Under the pieces are notes generated by a model. It saw only the letters and a program-made list of their open reading frames with translations. It had not been told where the DNA came from and searched no databases. Below are positions 1 to 9,339 of a stretch of 64,000 bases of DNA, one piece after another. This stretch comes from a virus. A program made the position numbers and the translations under genes. Each line of letters opens with the position of its first letter. The first letter of the stretch is position 1. Location: the IMG/VR virus record IMGVR_UViG_3300011261_000048, positions 29,470 to 93,469 of that record; one strand, written 5' to 3'.

Positions 1-476
1 GCTACAATAGATGTTGTACCTGTACCTAGAATTCCTCTAAGTTCCAGTACTTGTCCTGCAGTTACAGCTCCTCTCCATGTAAATGATGGAAAAGCTCTTC
101 TTGCCATAGTATCTGTATCTGTATTCCTTACTACTGTTTTAGTTTGTAACTGTACAGCATCTAAGAATAACTCTACAGTACTATCTGCAGAAGGTGTTCC
201 TGTAGATATAGCAAATTCACTAGATATGTGTACTTGGTAAGTTCCTGCTGTTGCAAAAGTTACAGTAGCTCCTGTAATTAAAGCTAATGAGCTTGTAAAG
301 GTATAATCTGAAGGTAACTCTGTAAAAGAAGAAAAAGTCATCCCACTTACGCCATCAGCACCATTTGCACCATCTGCACCTGCAGCTCCAGTAGCACCTG
401 TATCTCCTTGGGGCCCAGCAGGTCCTTGAGGTATTGTTATATTTGAAGTGTCAAAACACTCATTACATCCACACAT
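1..476 (-). CDS. Collagen-like (Gly-X-Y) fibre/decoration protein, 3' end beyond window
   Basis: Not in ORF track; translated by hand from ATG at 476: MCGCNECFDTSNITIPQGPAGPQGDTGATGAAGADGANGADG followed by a beta-rich domain, open to position 1. Confidence 0.8.
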   Translation of the reverse strand, partial: MCGCNECFDTSNITIPQGPAGPQGDTGATGAAGADGANGADGVSGMTFSSFTELPSDYTFTSSLALITGATVTFATAGTYQVHISSEFAISTGTPSADSTVELFLDAVQLQTKTVVRNTDTDTMARRAFPSFTWRGAVTAGQVLELRGILGTGTTSIV

Positions 477-477
477 A

Positions 478-1056
478 TTAATTACAATTACATTTTTCTA
501 AATTACAAACTCTTTGTAATTTTAATAGTAAAGCATCTCTAGTAGCAGTATTACTACAAGCAGCTGCTGCACAAAGTGCTTTAAAGATAGCTTCTGCATT
601 TAATGCTTTTTGTTGAAGACTAGATGAGGTACAACCACAATCTGTACTTACAGTATCTGAAGCAAAGTTACTCCAAAGAGTATCTACACAGCATCTTACA
701 TTACATAGCAAGTAGCTACAAAGATAGTAACTTCTGACCTCAACTCCAAATGTAAACGTTAGTTTAATTTCATACTCACCATCTACAGTGTAAATAGCGT
801 AGCTACCTAAGCTATCATCTCCTGATATAGTTAACGCATTTACTAATGCTGTAATATCAGTAGTAGTTACTGTTCCTGATGGGTCAGTTATCTCTAGTAT
901 AGCAGAATCTATATCTGAAGGGTTAGCTGTTGCTCCACCCCATCCATTTATATTAGTTACATCTATATAGGACCCTACCTTATCTTTTAATTCTAAAGTA
1001 CCACAACTATTAGTTACAGCTACTTCTAAGTTTAATTCTAAATCAGCTAATGCCAT
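478..1056 (-). CDS. Putative virion structural protein with Cys-rich C-terminus
   Basis: 192 aa ORF in the structural operon; beta-rich N-terminus, many Cys at the C-terminus. Confidence 0.55.
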   Translation of the reverse strand: MALADLELNLEVAVTNSCGTLELKDKVGSYIDVTNINGWGGATANPSDIDSAILEITDPSGTVTTTDITALVNALTISGDDSLGSYAIYTVDGEYEIKLTFTFGVEVRSYYLCSYLLCNVRCCVDTLWSNFASDTVSTDCGCTSSSLQQKALNAEAIFKALCAAAACSNTATRDALLLKLQRVCNLEKCNCN

Positions 1057-1075
1057 TTATTTAATTTTTTAAAAC

Positions 1076-1108
1076 AAAAAAAGGGAAAGGATTAATTCCT
1101 TCCCCTTT
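1076..1108 (-). terminator. Intrinsic terminator
   Basis: Minus strand AAGGGGAAGGA-loop-TCCTTTCCCTT followed by a T-run. Confidence 0.75.
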
Positions 1109-1130
1109 AATTTGTAGATTAGTATTACTA

Positions 1131-2357
1131 TTACAATGCTAAGTCACCTGTTGCTACTACAGCAGCAGCTAATACCTCAAGAACATCAGTGATGTCATCA
1201 GCAGTACCTGTTACAGCGTAGTTAGGAGTAGTTTCTGGAATAGCTAGTGTGTATCTTTTCTTGATAGGTCCACTTACTATTGATGTATTCATTGTATCCT
1301 CTACAATAAGGTCAATAAATTCATAATTTCCAGAAGCTTCAGTTCTTGCATCAAAGATATTAGGTTCTCCCATTCTCATGATATCACCTTCATTACCTTG
1401 ACAGAAGAATTCAAGTTCCTTAACTTGTTTCTCTGTTCCGTTACCTGCAGTAGCTGCAGTTACAACTTGATTAGGAGTTGATCCAAATCCAGCTACAGTA
1501 ACATCAAAGATTAATGGTTGTAAATCTGCATGTAATTTACCTACTCTATGTGGTAAAGCTACACCTGTCAATAGTAAACCAAAGTTAGCTGTTGCTGCAG
1601 TTGCTGCTACAATAACTTCACCTGCTACAGCTGTTGCTGAAGCATCTGTGATTCTTTGTCTTACTTTGATGTTTACACCATTTACAGAAACTACTTCATA
1701 AACTGAATCAGTTACTGCAGTTCCAATTCTAATGTAATCACCTGCAACTACTGTGTGAGTAGAAAGTGAAGCTACAATATATTGAGAACCTTCTGCATAA
1801 GATAATGTTGCTGGACCTACACCAAGTGCAGCACCTGCATCATCACAAAGCATTGTAATTTTGACTTTGTTATCTGCTTCTTTAGCGAATTCATTAATCA
1901 AGTTTTCAGCAAGATTAGATGCAATTTCAGCTTGTGTAGCAGTTAAGTCAGATTTGTAAAACCCATGTTTTACATACAAACCACCATGGTTAGAAGTTCT
2001 TCCTTCACGCATGTTGATTCTTACTTGATAATCATTGTCGTTGGTTACGTCAATAGAACCTGAAGTTCCATCAAATCCTAAAGCAGATACTTGATTAGCT
2101 GCAGCTACATAAGCAGTTGCAACAGCACCTTTAATAGAAGCCTTCTTAATGATACCAGAGTCAAAGAGTGCCGTAGCAGTCTTTTTTACGATTTTAAACT
2201 CCGTAGCTGTAGCTGCTGATGCCTCAGTAAGTCTAGTCCCTGCTGGAGTAAATAATCCAATTTCACCGTCATTTAAAGTAGATACGCCACCAGTTGTTTT
2301 AGTAGCTGCTGCTCCAATGAATAGTAGTTGGATGTCATTTTGAGAAAATGTTGCCAT
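1131..2357 (-). CDS. Putative capsid auxiliary/decoration protein
   Basis: 408 aa Ala/Thr/Gly-rich ORF downstream of the capsid gene; call rests on composition and position. Confidence 0.55.
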   Translation of the reverse strand: MATFSQNDIQLLFIGAAATKTTGGVSTLNDGEIGLFTPAGTRLTEASAATATEFKIVKKTATALFDSGIIKKASIKGAVATAYVAAANQVSALGFDGTSGSIDVTNDNDYQVRINMREGRTSNHGGLYVKHGFYKSDLTATQAEIASNLAENLINEFAKEADNKVKITMLCDDAGAALGVGPATLSYAEGSQYIVASLSTHTVVAGDYIRIGTAVTDSVYEVVSVNGVNIKVRQRITDASATAVAGEVIVAATAATANFGLLLTGVALPHRVGKLHADLQPLIFDVTVAGFGSTPNQVVTAATAGNGTEKQVKELEFFCQGNEGDIMRMGEPNIFDARTEASGNYEFIDLIVEDTMNTSIVSGPIKKRYTLAIPETTPNYAVTGTADDITDVLEVLAAAVVATGDLAL

Positions 2358-2383
2358 TTTTATTCTTTGTTTTTAATTAATAA

Positions 2384-3097
2384 TTATGATTCGCCTTCTT
2401 GTTGCTCTATACTTTTTAATTGGTATTGTTCAGGATCAGTAACACCTGTGGCTATTTTAACAGCTTCATCTACTATTCTCTTATGGAGAATAACATTTAA
2501 CTCTGAGTCCAATGGTCCTGCTACACCGTCTACTGTATTACTTCCCAGAATAATAGGTTGTAAGTTTTTGATGTAACGTAGATGATACTCACTAACTGTA
2601 GATTGCCCATCTGTAATTAGTTCATGAATTCTACCTTGGTAATCTAGTCTCCAAATAAAAGTCCTATTGTTAGGTTTCTTAAAAGGATTCTGTAAATTAA
2701 TACTATACTCATCGTGGGTAATAGGTTTTACTCTTATTCTCTTCCCGTTTATACAAGGGTCAGCTGAAGCTAAAGTAACTTCTTCTGAGATTGCATATAA
2801 ACAGTCTGCAGGTAAATCATAAAACTCTCCATTAGGTAGAGTATTAGTTTGAGTAGCAGAGGGAGAAGTAATAGTAACTCCCTTTACTAACTCTTGTATA
2901 TCTTTTCTTCTTGCTTCTGTTTCTTCAAACCCCTCACGGAATTTGTTTGCCAGAGGGTTATAGTGTGCAAAAAATACTCTTTCCTGGGCCTTAGTTAAAA
3001 AGATGCTTCTTTCTAGCTCACTGTAACCAGGAGCATCCAAATTTGCAAACTTATCATACAGGACTAAAAACTCCTGATCCATTTCAACTCCAGTCAT
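2384..3097 (-). CDS. Conserved crAss-like virion protein (head-tail ring/adaptor-like)
   Basis: 237 aa; S.FLTKAQ and H..IVDEAV patterns; position two genes after the capsid gene. Confidence 0.55.
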   Translation of the reverse strand: MTGVEMDQEFLVLYDKFANLDAPGYSELERSIFLTKAQERVFFAHYNPLANKFREGFEETEARRKDIQELVKGVTITSPSATQTNTLPNGEFYDLPADCLYAISEEVTLASADPCINGKRIRVKPITHDEYSINLQNPFKKPNNRTFIWRLDYQGRIHELITDGQSTVSEYHLRYIKNLQPIILGSNTVDGVAGPLDSELNVILHKRIVDEAVKIATGVTDPEQYQLKSIEQQEGES

Positions 3098-3103
3098 AGT
3101 ATT

Positions 3104-3985
3104 TTATTTTGCTGCTTTAACTCTTGCTTGAATACTTAATAATAAATCTTGTTGTGCAGGAGCTAATAAATACTCTACTGCTACATCTATAGAAGCTACT
3201 TCTGCTTCTCCACATAAAGGATCTCCTCCTGGTAGAGAATACTTTCTTCCTTGTTTAATTACTACTCCTGCATCAACTGCTTCAGAGATAAGTAACTTCA
3301 TATCAAAAGCTTCTTTGTTTTCAACTATCTTAAGGAAAGTATCAATATCATCAGTAATAATCTTTCTAATTTCTGCAAATAAGAAAGAACCTTTAGATGA
3401 TTCAGATACTTTTCTCCCATATACCTTAAGGAAGTTAACCATGGCTTCTTTATCATCTTTAAGTTTCCCTAAAGCCATAAATGCTTCCATTTCTTTGTCT
3501 CCTTGAGATATAATCTTGTTAGTTTCATACTCTTCTGAAACCAAAGCATATCTATATGTTTTCTTCTTTAACATTGAATCTCCATCAGGAGCAATGAATA
3601 AAGTGTTTGCTCTTAAGATAATGTATATCAAGTAGTCTTTAGGACTTCTTAGATTAAGCTTAACTGTGTCTTTACCTAGCTTAGCTTTAATCTTATGCCA
3701 TTCATTATCTTTGTTTTTGTGCCAGTTTAAGTCTAAGTCTAACTCATACTCTAACCATTCTTGTTCTGCTTTACCTTCTTCACCTGGTAAAAAAGGCTTA
3801 ATTAAATTGTTTCTGTTATCAACAGGTAAACAATATGTTATAGTGCTACTTCCAAATAAGTAATATGCCTCATGTTCTGGGTCACTTACTAGTGGATTTC
3901 TAGCTCTCATAATAGGCTTGACAATGACTATTCTGTCTTCACCTGAAAATTTCTTAGCTTTTACAGCTTTCTTTGTTTCTTCCAT
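3104..3985 (-). CDS. Conserved crAss-like protein following the capsid gene
   Basis: 293 aa ORF; synteny with the crAss-like capsid module. Confidence 0.5.
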   Translation of the reverse strand: MEETKKAVKAKKFSGEDRIVIVKPIMRARNPLVSDPEHEAYYLFGSSTITYCLPVDNRNNLIKPFLPGEEGKAEQEWLEYELDLDLNWHKNKDNEWHKIKAKLGKDTVKLNLRSPKDYLIYIILRANTLFIAPDGDSMLKKKTYRYALVSEEYETNKIISQGDKEMEAFMALGKLKDDKEAMVNFLKVYGRKVSESSKGSFLFAEIRKIITDDIDTFLKIVENKEAFDMKLLISEAVDAGVVIKQGRKYSLPGGDPLCGEAEVASIDVAVEYLLAPAQQDLLLSIQARVKAAK

Positions 3986-4010
3986 CTCTCTCTTTATGAA
4001 TTGTTTATTT

Positions 4011-4043
4011 AAAAAAGAGGGCTCTGCTTCCTACAAAGCCCTC
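4011..4043 (-). terminator. Intrinsic terminator after major capsid gene
   Basis: Minus strand GAGGGCTTTG-loop-CAGAGCCCTC-TTTTTT. Confidence 0.8.
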
Positions 4044-4060
4044 ATTATATTTATTGTTTA

Positions 4061-5554
4061 TTATGCAAATGATGAATAATAACCAGCTTGCATGTTATGG
4101 ATAAAGCTAGCAGTACGAGAAGGATCTCTTACAATAGCAGCTCCACAATAGAACTTGTGCTCTTCCCATGCATCTTCAGCAGTACCTACTGCAGAAAATT
4201 GTGCATCTGGTGCAAAAGGATTTCTCAAACCTGGGATGTACTTGTGTACAATAGGCTGTCCTTTAACTTTACACTTTTGGATGTTTGGTGCTCCTGCAGA
4301 TGTTCCGATATCCATGATATCATATCTGTAAGATTCAACAACTCCTCCAGAAGGATGAAGCATCTTGTTACGGTTTCTGTCATCATACATAGAATCTACA
4401 GAAAGGTTAACCTTAATGTTGTTAGGTCCTAGATATTCAATGAACTGTCCACCATATCCTAATCCCATTTGGAATCCTGATTGTGATACTTTATACATTC
4501 TATCTTGATTCAACAATGGAGTAAACAATTGTGAAAAGTCTTCTAAAGATTTGTGGAACTCGTAAGCACCTCTTTCTCCAGTTCTTAATACAAATTGTCT
4601 TTCATCTGTTTTCAATTTACCTTCAGATAAATCCAAAAGTCTTGAAGACAAATCATTGATATCAAATACATTATAGAAAGAGCTGTTAGCTGCTTCCATT
4701 TGTTGTCTGATTCCTGCTCCTTCAGTAATAGAATAACCTGAGTCACCTTTTATTCTGTATTGTCCATCAGCACTTCTGTTAGATGTTCCAAACATGTATA
4801 ACTTGTTGATATCCTCACGGAACTCATTGTCAAACATGAAAGACTCATAATGTTGCCAGAACTTGATTACCTTTCCAGAATCATCTTTGAAGTATGATCC
4901 CATCTTTTTATTACTCATGTTTCCAGGAGTCTTCTTTTGGATTCTAATTTGTGAGAAAGACTGTCTCATTGAGATATGAGATTTATAGTTAATCTCTCTA
5001 CCTTTTCTAGACATAGTTCTTTCTACTGGAGAGAACTCACCTGAGAATCTTTTATTTGCTTGTACTTCCTCGTAAGGAATAAACAAATCTGCATCTCCTG
5101 AGTCCATTTTACAAGTGTGAACTGTGTTTAGACCTTCAGAAGCAGTAGAGATTACCAATATAGGATAAATCTCATTTAATTCACCTACAATTCTTTGTCC
5201 ATCAGAGAACCAGTTTTTAGGGAATACTAATTCAAAAGTGTTGTAGTTTTTTCCTGGTTCGTCTGCAGGAGTAACTGGTGTTCCGTCAATTCTACATTCT
5301 ACCAACTCAATGTTGTCTAGCCCTTGTGATTGTAAGTCCCATACAAAATCTGTATCGTCTTCTAATTCCAAAGCAGGGTACATAGATAGTACACTATCAA
5401 TGTTATTCCCAAAATAGTTTTGCTGAACATTCATAATCATGTCAGATACCTTTTGTGGAGCTTGTCCCCAGATAGCACCTAAGTGATTTTCTGTAGTCAA
5501 ACCTTTCCATGTAGTAGCATCCGTCATTTGTAATGGGGATATTCTAGTTGCCAT
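4061..5554 (-). CDS. Major capsid protein (crAss-like)
   Basis: 497 aa; N-terminal WKGLTTENHLG, GAGIRQQ, TGERG motifs; TerL-portal-scaffold-capsid gene order. Confidence 0.9.
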   Translation of the reverse strand: MATRISPLQMTDATTWKGLTTENHLGAIWGQAPQKVSDMIMNVQQNYFGNNIDSVLSMYPALELEDDTDFVWDLQSQGLDNIELVECRIDGTPVTPADEPGKNYNTFELVFPKNWFSDGQRIVGELNEIYPILVISTASEGLNTVHTCKMDSGDADLFIPYEEVQANKRFSGEFSPVERTMSRKGREINYKSHISMRQSFSQIRIQKKTPGNMSNKKMGSYFKDDSGKVIKFWQHYESFMFDNEFREDINKLYMFGTSNRSADGQYRIKGDSGYSITEGAGIRQQMEAANSSFYNVFDINDLSSRLLDLSEGKLKTDERQFVLRTGERGAYEFHKSLEDFSQLFTPLLNQDRMYKVSQSGFQMGLGYGGQFIEYLGPNNIKVNLSVDSMYDDRNRNKMLHPSGGVVESYRYDIMDIGTSAGAPNIQKCKVKGQPIVHKYIPGLRNPFAPDAQFSAVGTAEDAWEEHKFYCGAAIVRDPSRTASFIHNMQAGYYSSFA

Positions 5555-5582
5555 TTATTTGTTTTTTGTTAATTAATAATTG

Positions 5583-6758
5583 TTAAAAAGTTATATTCTT
5601 TAAAGCCTCGCCTATTTCTCTACTTGTTTTACCTTGAGTCACATTGCTGATAATGGAACCTCCACTAACTCCTGATCCTTGTTGAGATAATACTTTTTCT
5701 AGGTCATTAACTGCAGCAGTCTTACCGCTAGTAGTTATTTTACTAAAATCTGTAAATCCTTTTGTAATTACATGTAAAGTATGTAGTCTTACTTTGTACT
5801 CTTCGTCATCTTTATAACTGGCCATTACTTCATTTAGTGGAGTGTCATCATCCATTCTTATTGGAGATGTCATACTACTAAAAATTTTATTCTTAGTATT
5901 GGTAGTCACTTTGATACCTTTGAGTATTTCTGATTCACCATCTAACTTTGATTTAAGAGCTGCTATTCTGTTTTGCTCTTGTTCCAATTTAGATGCTTTA
6001 TCAGCTTTTGCTAATTCTAATTCTTTTGAGAACTCAGCTTCTTCATGGGCAACAAGGGCATTTTTTGCAGAAAAAGCATCACTAAAAAAAGTATCAGACT
6101 TAGCTGCAAGAGAAGCGTAATTCTCTGCAGTGTGTTCATCAAAGCCTTTAACAATGAAACTTCTTCTGATTAACTCCTTAGCTAATGCAGGTGATTCATT
6201 TATTGTAGTATCCTCAATTTGTTTGTACTGTGCTGAGTTAGACTTAGCTTTAGCAAATGTTTCTTGAGGTACTCCGTTTCTTAGGGCTTCTAAGTATTGT
6301 TTTTGATTCTCATCTAAATCAGAGAATTCACTTTGTTTAATTTGTTTTCCTATACTTTCCAGTAAGGAATTTACATCTTTAATTTCTGTAATCTCTTCTT
6401 CAGATAAAGAAGAGAAAGCTCCTGTTTCAATTAATGCCGAGGCTAGGGAAGTAAACGTGTCTTGAGAAGAGAGAGAAGCATTTTTATCTACAGGAGCTTT
6501 CTTGTCTTTAATATCTTTATTAATCTCTTCACCACTAGCATCTATGTTTGGGTCAACTATTGGGGTTTCAGCAGAAGCTAATGCTTCAAGGTCTATACCT
6601 TCATTATCTACTACTTCAACTTCTACTTTTTTATCATCTGCGTTAGCAGCAGGAGTAGTTTCCTTTACTGGGTCAGGTGTAAAACCTTCTGTATCTACAA
6701 TTGGAGTCTCAGAGCCAGCCAGCTCCTCCAAATTAATACTGTCAAAATTAAAATCCAT
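5583..6758 (-). CDS. Acidic scaffold-like protein between portal and capsid genes
   Basis: 391 aa; acidic low-complexity N-terminus, coiled-coil middle; position. Confidence 0.6.
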   Translation of the reverse strand: MDFNFDSINLEELAGSETPIVDTEGFTPDPVKETTPAANADDKKVEVEVVDNEGIDLEALASAETPIVDPNIDASGEEINKDIKDKKAPVDKNASLSSQDTFTSLASALIETGAFSSLSEEEITEIKDVNSLLESIGKQIKQSEFSDLDENQKQYLEALRNGVPQETFAKAKSNSAQYKQIEDTTINESPALAKELIRRSFIVKGFDEHTAENYASLAAKSDTFFSDAFSAKNALVAHEEAEFSKELELAKADKASKLEQEQNRIAALKSKLDGESEILKGIKVTTNTKNKIFSSMTSPIRMDDDTPLNEVMASYKDDEEYKVRLHTLHVITKGFTDFSKITTSGKTAAVNDLEKVLSQQGSGVSGGSIISNVTQGKTSREIGEALKNITF

Positions 6759-6781
6759 GTCTCTTTCTCTCTTTATGTGTA

Positions 6782-6789
6782 CAAATATA
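6782..6789 (-). promoter_or_regulatory. Bacteroidota sigma-A type -7 element (TAnnTTTG)
   Basis: TATATTTG on the minus strand just upstream of the scaffold/capsid genes. Confidence 0.65.
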
Positions 6790-6861
6790 CGTACTATTAA
6801 TAATACAAATCACAAAAATTATGTGACATAACAAAAAATATTATCTCCGTGATGACTAAAA

Positions 6862-9303
6862 CTACTTTTTAGGTGTAGCCTTTACCTGTGCCTTCTTAGC
6901 AGCTATTTCCTTTTCTTTCATCTCTTCTGTTTTCTTATTGTGTCTTACTGTCTCTTTTTGTGCTTCCTTCTTTATGTTATAATCTTTATTTATCTTATCT
7001 GCCTGAAGCTTAATACTTTCCAATGATGAGGCATCTGCAGAATCATTTCCACCATCATAATACCTTGAGTCTTCATTATCTTGTCTCATGCTTTCTATAG
7101 TAATCTTAGTGTCTAGGTCTTTATCTTGTCTAGCATCTTCTCTATCCCACTCTTCTCTTATAAAGTCTCTAGCTTTTTCTGCTTCTTCTGCCTGAGCTTT
7201 CATAGCTTCTTGTTGCATTTTTTGCTGTCTTTCTTCATTTTCCTGATCTCTTTGCATCTTCTCATTCTCACTTCTAGTAAGTTTCTTTCTAATAGAAGAA
7301 ATAGATTCAGTAGAGAAGATATCAATAAGTTGGGTGTAGTTAAGGATACCATTCTGAATACCTGCATGTGCAAGTTGTTTCATACTTTGCATTAATTCTG
7401 CAGAACCAGCCCCATCAGTAATAAGTAATCCGTATTCAGAATCCATAAAGTCTGTACCATCTAAGTTCATCATTACTGATGCACCGTCATCTAATACATA
7501 CTGTACCTTCTTATTCTTTTTATCTTTCCATGCATACTTAGCAGTTTGAAGTAAACATTCTAATACTCTAAGTTTAACTTGGTCATGTTCCATAAACCAA
7601 TACTCAGTAATATGTGAAGACTGTGCTACTTCTCTTTCTACATTACCTACAGCTTCTCTAGTAGATATCTGACCTTGTCTTGCTGCAGATACTCCTGCAA
7701 TTTCACCAAGTTCTTGTTTGATGTATGACATCATATTCATATACAACTGGATACTGTTACCCATTTCCATATCAATAACTGGAGCTTGTGCATTCATAGC
7801 ACCTGCCATCTTACCTTGAGCAGCACCTTTGTTACCTTCTTTGAAAGCGTCATAAACAGCAATGTTCATAGAATCTGCCATAGATAACCACTTGTCTATT
7901 TGCCAACCTTCAGGAATTTCATGGATACCTAATCTCATGATTTTACCTTTATTCTTAGCAATCATTAACTCAGTGTTATAAGCTAAGATATTATATAAGT
8001 ATTGGTATGGTTTCATTCTATCCATAAGAGATACTCCTATGTTAGAATTAGTATTGTATATAGTCCCTACTATTCCTGGATGGCATTTAGAAGGGTTTTC
8101 CATAGATCTGTACTGAACCTTCTTAGGTTGCATTCTTACATAGATAGCATTTATATCATTGTCATCACCTACTCCGCCACCTATTTTATGGCCTTCCCAC
8201 CATTCTGATACCCAAAGGATAGTTTCTTCTTCTCCTTTAGTTTCATCTATAGTGTAGTTCTCATCTTGAAAACTGTAATCATATTCACCTTCTTCATTGA
8301 TAGACTTAACTTTCTTAAGCTTTCTCATAGATTTCCAGTAAGCTTTTACTACTCTAATATTACCAGAGCCGTCAAATGTAGAACCATAAGAAGTGTCATT
8401 TTCTAAAAAGGATACGTTAATGGTATCATCTAGCTTTAATGTCAAATCAGGTTTACTACCTATATCTATAGCAGATTCTCCTGAAGAGTTACCTACCATA
8501 TCATTTTCTATTCTAGTTATCTCCTGTGGAGTAAGCTCATCATGATACTCATCTATAATTTGTCCTGGGCTCATATAGCCTGATATAGTTATAATATCAG
8601 CATCTTCTATTTGATTACTTTCTCCAGACCTTACTGTATTGACATTAAGTACATTAAGTATCTTAACTACAGGTTCACCTGCTATAATATCAATAAGGTA
8701 AGCTTCTTCAGCACTAATCAGTGCATTTTTAAATCCTTTAGCAAATAAGTTATCTAACTTAAGATGCTTATATAAGTAAGTAAGTATCTGTGTACCTACT
8801 CTTTCTCTAGCAGATTGGTAATCAAAGTCTACATAATTCTGAAACTTCTTCATCTTCTCAGCCATCTCTTCTTCAGTAGATGACTCATCTTTGATGTCTT
8901 CAGTAATTATTTGAATAAGTTTTTGTTTAAGTTCTTCTTCTTTTTCAGAGATAGCATCAGCATTGATAACTCTAACTCTAAAATCAAATCTTCTTTTAAT
9001 AGATTCTCCTACAAGTAAATCAATTTTAGGATTAGCAATAGGATAGTTCTGCATCTTAGCAGGAGAAGTTAACCCCCCTAACTTATGCGGGTTACATACC
9101 CTTTCTACATCTGCCTGGTCCAAGATATCTGAATACAGGTCAAAGTTAATGCTCTTATTATAGTAAGATTGTCTTAGGGTATCACTACCCCAAATAGCTA
9201 AAGCTTCTGCCCCATTGACACATTCTTTTCTCCACTTAGGAGTTTTGCTACTAGTGGATTTCTTTTGTGAGGGGAATTGTATGTTGTTTCCGTTATTTTG
9301 CAT
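6862..9303 (-). CDS. Portal protein
   Basis: 813 aa; NYPIANPKIDLLVGE, SLMDRMKPYQYLYN, GVSAARQG motifs; adjacent to TerL. Confidence 0.9.
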   Translation of the reverse strand: MQNNGNNIQFPSQKKSTSSKTPKWRKECVNGAEALAIWGSDTLRQSYYNKSINFDLYSDILDQADVERVCNPHKLGGLTSPAKMQNYPIANPKIDLLVGESIKRRFDFRVRVINADAISEKEEELKQKLIQIITEDIKDESSTEEEMAEKMKKFQNYVDFDYQSARERVGTQILTYLYKHLKLDNLFAKGFKNALISAEEAYLIDIIAGEPVVKILNVLNVNTVRSGESNQIEDADIITISGYMSPGQIIDEYHDELTPQEITRIENDMVGNSSGESAIDIGSKPDLTLKLDDTINVSFLENDTSYGSTFDGSGNIRVVKAYWKSMRKLKKVKSINEEGEYDYSFQDENYTIDETKGEEETILWVSEWWEGHKIGGGVGDDNDINAIYVRMQPKKVQYRSMENPSKCHPGIVGTIYNTNSNIGVSLMDRMKPYQYLYNILAYNTELMIAKNKGKIMRLGIHEIPEGWQIDKWLSMADSMNIAVYDAFKEGNKGAAQGKMAGAMNAQAPVIDMEMGNSIQLYMNMMSYIKQELGEIAGVSAARQGQISTREAVGNVEREVAQSSHITEYWFMEHDQVKLRVLECLLQTAKYAWKDKKNKKVQYVLDDGASVMMNLDGTDFMDSEYGLLITDGAGSAELMQSMKQLAHAGIQNGILNYTQLIDIFSTESISSIRKKLTRSENEKMQRDQENEERQQKMQQEAMKAQAEEAEKARDFIREEWDREDARQDKDLDTKITIESMRQDNEDSRYYDGGNDSADASSLESIKLQADKINKDYNIKKEAQKETVRHNKKTEEMKEKEIAAKKAQVKATPKK

Positions 9304-9320
9304 AGGAGTAATATATCTTG

Positions 9321-9328
9321 CAAAGATA
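9321..9328 (-). promoter_or_regulatory. Bacteroidota sigma-A type -7 element
   Basis: TATCTTTG on the minus strand in the TerL-portal gap. Confidence 0.6.
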
Positions 9329-9339
9329 GTAATTTTAAA

